In this document: positions 56,801 through 64,000 of the stretch, piece after piece | Numbering within the stretch: position 1 is the first letter of the stretch | Layout: the number at the start of each line of letters is the position of its first letter | Assembly: GCA_030672305.1 (NCBI GenBank) | Contig: DAOVGR010000014.1 | Coordinates: 10,510-74,509 of the forward strand | Direction: 5' to 3' | Length of the DNA stretch: 64,000 bases | Origin: Thermoplasmatales archaeon | GTDB lineage: Archaea > Thermoplasmatota > E2 > DHVEG-1 | Notes under the pieces: model-generated | What the model was told of the DNA's origin: nothing | The model's input: the letters and a program-made list of their open reading frames with translations, nothing else | The model's database searches: none | Position numbers and translations under genes: made by a program

Positions 56801-58105
56801 ATGAAAATAAAGTCAATATTTCTTATAAGTATATGTTTTTTGTTAGTAATAAACTCAATATCTCTATCTGCTACTGAAAATAGGAATTTTGAAACAGAGA
56901 ACTCTAGTAAAGATTTTGATGAAGACATTGTCGATATGATCAAACAAATCGATGAAAATTTAGTTTATAGCTATCTAGAAAAGCTTGTTAGTTTTGGTCC
57001 GAGATATACTGGGTCTGAAAATTGTAAACGAGCTGGTGATTATATCTATAGTGTATTTGAAAATTTGAGTCTTGATGTTGAGTTTCATGAATGGAAATTT
57101 AGTAAATTTAAGAGTAGAAATGTTGTTGGTACTCTGAAAGGATATGATTCATCAAGTAATGCAATAATAATTATATCTGCTCATTATGACACAGTAAAAG
57201 ATTCTCTCGGTGCAAACGATGATGGTTCTGGTGTTGCGGCAGTTCTTGCAATTGCTGAAGTATTAAGTGATTATTCTTTACGTCATGATATTTGTTTTAT
57301 TGCTTTTTCTGGTGAAGAAGTGGGCACCTATGGAAGTTTTACCTATGCACGTGATGCATATAGAAGCGGAGATAATATTTATGCAGTTATAAATCCAGAT
57401 ATAATAGGATGGGCTGAAACCGAATATGGTGGAAAAATTATTAGATTTGCACATGTAGAAAGATCCTCGTGGATTGCAGAATTTGCGAGCAATATTAGTG
57501 AAAAATACATAGATGTTATCGATTTAACTGTTGAAGATATACCAAATTATAGGGGGGCTGATCATCAGGCATTTAATGATTATGGATATGATGCTGTATG
57601 GATTGCAGAACATGATCCATGTAGAAATTGTAACACACCTGATGATAATCTTACAAATATCAATTCTACATATCTTGCAAAATCAACAAAATTACTTCTT
57701 GCAATACTTGCAGAAATGGCCAATAAACCAATAGATATACAAGTTATTATAAGAACCCCTTATGAAGGAAGAGGTTACTTTTTTAATCGTTCAATTATTC
57801 CTTTAGATCTTGGAAGATTACATTTTTGGGGTTTTCGTGGAACAACATTACTCTGTGGGAGAGCAAATGCCAGTTGTGAGGTTATTACAAAAGAGGATGT
57901 TAAATTTGTTATCTTTTGTATTGATGATAACTTTCTTACATGGGATAGTACGCCTCCTTATGAATGGAAAATACAAGGAAAACATTTACCTCTTATAGGT
58001 AGACATAAGCTAAAGGTTTATGCTTATACATTTTCTGGAAAACGAGCAACTGATGAAATGGATATTATAGTCTTTACCCTTTCATATCAATATGGGCGAT
58101 GGTAA
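56801..58105 (+). CDS. Secreted M28 aminopeptidase with C-terminal Ig-like domain
   Basis: SAHYD, GANDDGSG, FSGEEVG and ADHQAF motifs. Confidence 0.9.
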   Translation: MKIKSIFLISICFLLVINSISLSATENRNFETENSSKDFDEDIVDMIKQIDENLVYSYLEKLVSFGPRYTGSENCKRAGDYIYSVFENLSLDVEFHEWKFSKFKSRNVVGTLKGYDSSSNAIIIISAHYDTVKDSLGANDDGSGVAAVLAIAEVLSDYSLRHDICFIAFSGEEVGTYGSFTYARDAYRSGDNIYAVINPDIIGWAETEYGGKIIRFAHVERSSWIAEFASNISEKYIDVIDLTVEDIPNYRGADHQAFNDYGYDAVWIAEHDPCRNCNTPDDNLTNINSTYLAKSTKLLLAILAEMANKPIDIQVIIRTPYEGRGYFFNRSIIPLDLGRLHFWGFRGTTLLCGRANASCEVITKEDVKFVIFCIDDNFLTWDSTPPYEWKIQGKHLPLIGRHKLKVYAYTFSGKRATDEMDIIVFTLSYQYGRW

Positions 58106-58256
58106 AAAAAGTTATTTTAAAGAGTTATTACTCTTTTTTTCATTTTAGTTGAAATGGATTCAAAATAAACAGAAAAATTATTATAACATTTTACTAGTAA
58201 TATTTAAGTGTCAATATTTCATATATTCTAAATAATATTTGGGAGGTAGTTAAGAA

Positions 58257-60716
58257 ATGATATATTATAATTTCAGAAAATTATTGGTAATTGGAATTAT
58301 TATATTTTTTGTAGGGGCAAGTGTTTTACCAAGCATAACTGGAAAAGTTCAGAACCTAAATAATGGTGAAGATATTAATGATGTATTGCCTAAACCGTTG
58401 CCACGATGGCGAGAAGGTGGAACTCCTTATAATCCTGATCAATCACTTCATCCATATTCAATAAAACTGAGAGATTCGCCAACATCTGGATTTATAGAAT
58501 CACCAGCTGAATATGATCCATCGCGAGGTGTACTCTTTTGTTATATAACTGGTAATTGGCATGAAGTTGTTGTTGATCTTGTAGTAGCATTAACCCAGGA
58601 TAGTGATTTTGATGATATTGCATATGTTTTAGTCATAAGCCAGTCTCAGATGAATTCAGCAATAAGTCAATTTACAGCAAATGGTGCAGATATGGATAAG
58701 GTTGAGTTCATAATTGAACCTGCTAATGCTATTTGGATGCGGGATTATGGCCCACATTTTATTTTTCAGGCCGATACACTATCAATCGTTGATAGTCACT
58801 ATTATCCACAACGGTCTTTAGATAACTTTATTCCAACTCTTATTGGTGATGACCATTTTATTATGCCAACCTATGATATCGGATTGTATTATTCGGGTGG
58901 CAATTTCTTACCTGGTCCAGATCGTTCAGCTTTTATGAGTTCTCTTATTAACCTGGATAATCCTTCTTCTCAAGGATTTAGTGAAGAGCTCATCGCTGAA
59001 TTATTTCAAACCTATCAAGGAATTGATGATGTGCATGTTATGCCACAGTTGCCAGGATCTGTGGATGGAACAGGACATATTGATATGTGGATGTATATTA
59101 TCAACGAAGATTCAGTTATTATTTCTGAATTTAAACCTGGTTCAGATCCTACAGCAATTCAAATTACTGAAAATGCAGTTCCATATATGCAAAATTTAGG
59201 TTTTGCAGTATATCGTACTCCAGCATGGAATGCTCCTCACCCTGATGAGGGATATAACACACATTGGACTTACACAAATAGTTTTATTGCCAATGACCGT
59301 ATTTTTATTCCAACGTATGGAGAAACCTATCCCGATTATGCAGATGAAGATGCTCAAGCATTAGCTGCATTTGAAGCAGCTGCTCCTCATTTAGAAATCG
59401 TTGAGATTAACTGTTATCCAATAATATGGGCTTCAGGTGCGATTCATTGTATTGTTATGCAGGTTCCACGTCATACAGATTCTGAACCATCTGTTCATGT
59501 TATTTGGCCCGATGGAGGTGAATTTTTAGCAAGTGGAACAACGCAAACTATTGAATGGTGTGCAACAGATACTGATAATGATGAAATCCCTCAAATCGAC
59601 CTTTACTATTCAATCGATGGTGGTAATAATTATGATTTTATTGATTCAACTACTGATACAGGTTTTTATGATTGGATTGTACCTAACGTTGAAACCGATC
59701 AGGCAAAAATCAAGGTTGTCGCAATATCTGCAGATTCTGACGAAGGTGTAGGAATAAGTGCTGATGTATTCAATATATCTTCATCAGGTCAATCTGTTTA
59801 TGATTTTGTTACTGGTGAAAGTGAAGATAAATATTGCTTTGGCCATCAAACCACTAGCTGGAGTAATATAGACAACGAACGCAAACCTGTTACAACCGAG
59901 ATTGAATCAACAGATTATTCAAAGCTTGCCTATTCAGATGCAACTGGTAATGATTATGATCCAAATCGTTACATCTCACCAAGCCCATCAGGTTCTTCTA
60001 AATCAACACATATTTTTGAATTCGAAATCGAGGAAGAATCTGATAATATAGATGATATCGAGATTTTTTGGGAAGGTTATTCTGATGAATGTACCCAGAT
60101 TGAACTTTATATTTGGGATTATGTTGAAGAACAATGGGGTGATGGTGAGGGACTTTTTGGTCAAAACCGCTATATGGGCAACTGGGCTGGAAATAGGGAT
60201 GGCTATCTGAAGAATAATATCCGTTCAGATTTTGATCATTATATTAATCCCAGTGGTCAAATGACACTTTTATCATATGCTGAAAGGGGCTCTTACAAAT
60301 CATTTCATGATTATGTATCTGTTATTATTAGTAAGATAAATGATGCTCCTGATGAACCAAGTATAGATGGTCCAACAAGTGGAATTATGGGTATAGAATA
60401 TAACTATACATTTAATTCAATAGACCCTGATGGTCATGATATTTATTATTATATTGACTGGGATGATGGAAATATTGAGGAATGGATAGGTCCATATAAC
60501 TCAGAAACTGAAGTGACAATTAGCCATGTATGGGAAGATAGAGGAACATATGAAATAAAAGCAAAGGTCAAGGACACTCTTGACGCTGAAAGCGACTGGA
60601 CAGAGTTATGGATTTCAATTCCAAGAAATAAAGCAATAAATAACCAATTGTTCCAAAGACTTTCTGAGCGGTTTTTATATATATTTCCAATTCTCTGGAA
60701 GTTTTTAGTACATTAA
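58257..60716 (+). CDS. Secreted agmatine / peptidylarginine deiminase family protein with PKD-like domain and PRN tail
   Basis: WMRDYGP, GGN, TGHID, YTN and GAIHC (catalytic Cys); signal peptide. Confidence 0.9.
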   Translation: MIYYNFRKLLVIGIIIFFVGASVLPSITGKVQNLNNGEDINDVLPKPLPRWREGGTPYNPDQSLHPYSIKLRDSPTSGFIESPAEYDPSRGVLFCYITGNWHEVVVDLVVALTQDSDFDDIAYVLVISQSQMNSAISQFTANGADMDKVEFIIEPANAIWMRDYGPHFIFQADTLSIVDSHYYPQRSLDNFIPTLIGDDHFIMPTYDIGLYYSGGNFLPGPDRSAFMSSLINLDNPSSQGFSEELIAELFQTYQGIDDVHVMPQLPGSVDGTGHIDMWMYIINEDSVIISEFKPGSDPTAIQITENAVPYMQNLGFAVYRTPAWNAPHPDEGYNTHWTYTNSFIANDRIFIPTYGETYPDYADEDAQALAAFEAAAPHLEIVEINCYPIIWASGAIHCIVMQVPRHTDSEPSVHVIWPDGGEFLASGTTQTIEWCATDTDNDEIPQIDLYYSIDGGNNYDFIDSTTDTGFYDWIVPNVETDQAKIKVVAISADSDEGVGISADVFNISSSGQSVYDFVTGESEDKYCFGHQTTSWSNIDNERKPVTTEIESTDYSKLAYSDATGNDYDPNRYISPSPSGSSKSTHIFEFEIEEESDNIDDIEIFWEGYSDECTQIELYIWDYVEEQWGDGEGLFGQNRYMGNWAGNRDGYLKNNIRSDFDHYINPSGQMTLLSYAERGSYKSFHDYVSVIISKINDAPDEPSIDGPTSGIMGIEYNYTFNSIDPDGHDIYYYIDWDDGNIEEWIGPYNSETEVTISHVWEDRGTYEIKAKVKDTLDAESDWTELWISIPRNKAINNQLFQRLSERFLYIFPILWKFLVH

Positions 60717-60850
60717 TTAATAAAATCTATCTCATTTTTCTTTCTTTATTTACTCATTCTCTTAATAATCTAAAGATAAAAACTTAAATCATATAAAGCT
60801 ATTACAATTCTATTAAAATTATAAAATTGTAATAAGGGAGAAAAAAGAAT

Positions 60851-63800
60851 ATGAAAAAGCATGTTTTAGCAGTATCAATATGCCTAATAATGATAAGCAG
60901 TGTACTTGCAGGTGCAACAATTGTTGTAAACAAAGATACAGGTTTGTTTGAAATCAAAGATGGAGCGATAAGTGTAAATATCCCTGTAGAATCATACCAG
61001 ATAATAAATTCATTAGAAGGAGATGAAATCTCAATTGAAAACTTTGGTCGTAACTTAATACCAGGAAAACCAAATTTACCATCAAAAATATTTTCTATTG
61101 CAATTCCACCTGGAGCTGAAATTATTAATGTTGGTTATGAAATTTTAGATAGCTATGTTCTACCAGGAAAATATGATATCTTTCCAGTATCTCTTCCGAG
61201 GGTTGTTGGTGAAGAGGATCCTGAAGTCTATCAACAAGAATTGAAAAAGTATAATGAGAATTATAATGAGGTTTACGAAAATAACAATCCATATCCCTCT
61301 TCAGTTGCGGAATTTGTTCGAAAAGCTGGATATAGGAAGTACAATTTAGTAGATGTTAGGATTAATCCAGTTACTTATTATCCTTCAACCGGTGAGTTAG
61401 TTTATAATTCAGAAATCACAGTTGATATAAGCTATACATTTCCAGATGGTTTTTCTAAAGAAGAAATAATGGTTGATAACTCGGAAGTTACAGAGAAATG
61501 TGCAGAAAAAATCATATATAACTATCAAAATGCAAAAGAATGGTATCCTAAAGATAAGGGAAGTAGAGATACCTATGATTATGTAATTATTACAATTGAT
61601 TCCTTAACTTCTTCCATTCAGGATTTGGTTGATTGGGAAGAAAGTAAAGGAAGGAGTGTTAATGTTGTAACAACCTCTTGGATTGATTCTAATTATGATG
61701 GCTATGACCTTGCAGAAAAGATCCGTAACTTTTTAAGAGATAAATATCCTTCAAGTGAATGGGGAATTTTGGATGTCTGTATAATTGGTCATTATGATGA
61801 TGTTCCTATGCGACGTTGTGCCCAGGATTTAGGATATGGTATGCCTGAGACTGATTATTATTACGCTGAGCTTTCTCTTCCAGATAATGAATCTTGGGAT
61901 GCTGATGGAGACCATCTATATGGAGAAAATTCTGATCCAATTGACTTCACTGCTGAAATAAACGTTGGAAGAATCCCCTGGAGTGAATCTTCTACTGTTT
62001 CACATATTTGTAATAAATCTGTTGAATATGAACAGAATAATGATACAGAATTTAAGAAAAATATTCTTCTTCTTGGTGCCTTTTTCTGGTCTGATACCGA
62101 CAATGCTGTTCTAATGGAGGCAAAGGTTGACCAGGATTGGATGAGTGATTGGAATATGACACGTATGTATGAAGAGGGTTATTCAACATATGAAAGCGAT
62201 TACAATCTTAACTATGATAATGTAAAATCAGTTTGGTCAGAAGGGAAATATGCATTTGTAAACTGGGCAGGGCATGGTTCACCTACATCATGTCATATAA
62301 TGTACTCAAAGGGTAGTGCATTTGTAACAACTGATACTTGCTCATATCTAAATGATTCTTACCCTGCAATCATTTTTGCTGATGCCTGCAGTAACTCTGA
62401 CACTGACCACCTGAATATCGGCCAGGCAATGCTAGAACAAGGTGGCGTTGGATTCCTTGGCTCTACAAAGGTTGCTTATGGATTGCATGGCTGGAATGAT
62501 CCATATGATGGATCCAGTCAGTCTATGGATTATTTCTTTACAACCTGTGTTACATCTGGCGAGTACTCCCAAGGTCAAGCACATCAATGGGCATTATATG
62601 AGATGTATACAAATGGGCTTTGGTATTACCAAAATTATGAGATTTTTGAATGGGGCGCCCTTTGGGGAAATCCTGATCTTGCAATGCTTCCACCAACTCT
62701 TAGAATCAATCTTCCAGATGGCACACCTGAATTTATTGAACCGGGTGTTCATACCACAATATCTGTAGAAATTGAAGAAAACACAGATACATATGTTCCT
62801 GGTTCAGGTAAGCTTCATTATAGATATGATGGAGGAACGTATATCGAGTCATCATTGATTCATATAAGTGGAAATGAGTATGAGGCAACATTACCTCCAG
62901 CATCCTGTGGTGATATTCCAGAATTCTATTTCAGTGCCGAAGGAGAAATTGCAGGAGTTGTAAATAGTCCATATGATGCTCCAGATACAGTCTACACAGC
63001 ACTTGTAGGAGAGCTCATTTCTGTATTTACGGATGACTTTGAGAATGATACTGGCTGGACTGTAGAAAATCAATGTGTCGATGGACAATGGGGACGAGGC
63101 ATTCCAATAGGCGGCGGAGCTCGCGGAGATCCTCCTACAGATTATGATGGTTCTGGAAATTGTTATTTAACAGATAATGAAGAGGGGGATTCAGATGTTG
63201 ACGATGGATATACATGGCTGAATTCACCAACAATTAATCTTAGTTATGACAATGATGTGTATATTTCCTATGCTCTTTGGTACACAAACAACTTTGGAAA
63301 TGACCCAAATAATGATCTTTTTAAGGTATATGTTTCAAATGACGATGGTGCAAATTGGGCTTTAGCAGAAACAATTGGACCCTCTTCAAATTCAGGTTGG
63401 AAAGAACATCGCTTCTTGGTTAATGATTTCGTTACTCCAACAAGTACAGTAAAAGTTCGCTTTGAGGCATCAGACCTAAATGAAGGTTCTGTTGTTGAAG
63501 CAGGAATAGACGCCTTCAGTGCCTCTATCCATGAATGTGAAGACATAAACATCCCAATTGTCTGCTGCAATGGAGAGCTAAGATGGACTGGCGTATCACC
63601 TGGAGCAACTGTTACAGGCAGCTTTACAGTTGAAAACTGTGGTGGTCCTACAACAGAACTATCTTGGGAGATAGAAACTCCTACAGATTGGGGCTCGTGG
63701 GATTTTTCACCAGAAAGTGGCACTGGATTGACTCCGGAAGATGGAGCAGTCACTATCAATGTTGAAGTTGTTACTCCAAATGAAATGAACAAAGAATTCA

Positions 63801-63967
63801 CCGAAAAAATAAAAATATTTAATACAGATGATCCTAGCGACTATTGTGAAATAGATGTATATCTTACAACACCAAGAAACAGACCTTTGTTCAACACATT
63901 TTTCATGAGATTACTAGAACAATTCCATAATGCATTTCCAATTTTTCAACAACTATTAGGACTATAA
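60851..63967 (+). CDS. Secreted gingipain-like C25 cysteine peptidase with propeptide, accessory domains and PRN tail
   Basis: PGKPNLP propeptide; TDYYY, VGRIP, NWAGHG (His), ADACS (Cys) and GNPDL motifs. Confidence 0.92.
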   Translation: MKKHVLAVSICLIMISSVLAGATIVVNKDTGLFEIKDGAISVNIPVESYQIINSLEGDEISIENFGRNLIPGKPNLPSKIFSIAIPPGAEIINVGYEILDSYVLPGKYDIFPVSLPRVVGEEDPEVYQQELKKYNENYNEVYENNNPYPSSVAEFVRKAGYRKYNLVDVRINPVTYYPSTGELVYNSEITVDISYTFPDGFSKEEIMVDNSEVTEKCAEKIIYNYQNAKEWYPKDKGSRDTYDYVIITIDSLTSSIQDLVDWEESKGRSVNVVTTSWIDSNYDGYDLAEKIRNFLRDKYPSSEWGILDVCIIGHYDDVPMRRCAQDLGYGMPETDYYYAELSLPDNESWDADGDHLYGENSDPIDFTAEINVGRIPWSESSTVSHICNKSVEYEQNNDTEFKKNILLLGAFFWSDTDNAVLMEAKVDQDWMSDWNMTRMYEEGYSTYESDYNLNYDNVKSVWSEGKYAFVNWAGHGSPTSCHIMYSKGSAFVTTDTCSYLNDSYPAIIFADACSNSDTDHLNIGQAMLEQGGVGFLGSTKVAYGLHGWNDPYDGSSQSMDYFFTTCVTSGEYSQGQAHQWALYEMYTNGLWYYQNYEIFEWGALWGNPDLAMLPPTLRINLPDGTPEFIEPGVHTTISVEIEENTDTYVPGSGKLHYRYDGGTYIESSLIHISGNEYEATLPPASCGDIPEFYFSAEGEIAGVVNSPYDAPDTVYTALVGELISVFTDDFENDTGWTVENQCVDGQWGRGIPIGGGARGDPPTDYDGSGNCYLTDNEEGDSDVDDGYTWLNSPTINLSYDNDVYISYALWYTNNFGNDPNNDLFKVYVSNDDGANWALAETIGPSSNSGWKEHRFLVNDFVTPTSTVKVRFEASDLNEGSVVEAGIDAFSASIHECEDINIPIVCCNGELRWTGVSPGATVTGSFTVENCGGPTTELSWEIETPTDWGSWDFSPESGTGLTPEDGAVTINVEVVTPNEMNKEFTEKIKIFNTDDPSDYCEIDVYLTTPRNRPLFNTFFMRLLEQFHNAFPIFQQLLGL

Positions 63968-64000
63968 ATCCAACCTAATTCTCTTTTTTTTATATTTATA

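Noticed and set aside
53650-60831. AT-rich inverted repeats (53650-53674, about 60800-60832) as a shared operator for secreted genes
   Set aside because: Orientation and spacing differ, and such repeats are expected by chance in AT-rich DNA
1-64000. CRISPR array, transposase, integrase or defence system
   Set aside because: No repeat-spacer array or recognisable ORFs of these kinds were seen; the only mobile element supported is the intein

Overview
AT-rich archaeal chromosomal segment from a Thermoplasmatota lineage. It most resembles Thermoprofundales/MBG-D/DHVEG-1; this is an inference from the gene set, the signal-peptide style and the secreted C25/M28/C45 peptidases. Most of the window is housekeeping: the rpoA2-rpl30e-nusA end, a 4-gene proline/sarcosine dehydrogenase-like cluster, a GT2 glycosyltransferase, a PGF-CTERM S-layer-like protein, three tRNAs (intron-containing Tyr, Thr, Gly), trm5, coaD, an HDAC, rpl1/10/12 and rpl11-spt5-secE-ftsZ, tiaS, nadC/nadX, tgtA, class II HMG-CoA reductase, pyrBI, rtcB, PAC2, PPS, aspS and uvrA-uvrC-uvrB. 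An 11-kb block of secreted proteins closes the window. The most notable observations: (1) three unrelated secreted proteins (beta-propeller, agmatine/peptidylarginine deiminase-like, gingipain-like) end in an identically sized 31-aa 'PRN[KR]xxxN...PI[FL]xx[LF]L' amphipathic tail, a candidate second protein-sorting signal distinct from PGF-CTERM; (2) an orphan GC-rich RNA-like element of about 113 nt, potentially pseudoknotted, between polB and rpl12; (3) several conserved genes that appear to need ATT/CTG initiation; (4) a divergent PolB with an altered motif B carrying a LAGLIDADG intein; (5) a trm5 stop codon lying inside a tRNA gene; (6) a 964-aa protein with four HhH modules, a coiled coil and a zinc ribbon. 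All calls come from manual reading; no database searches or folding programs were run.
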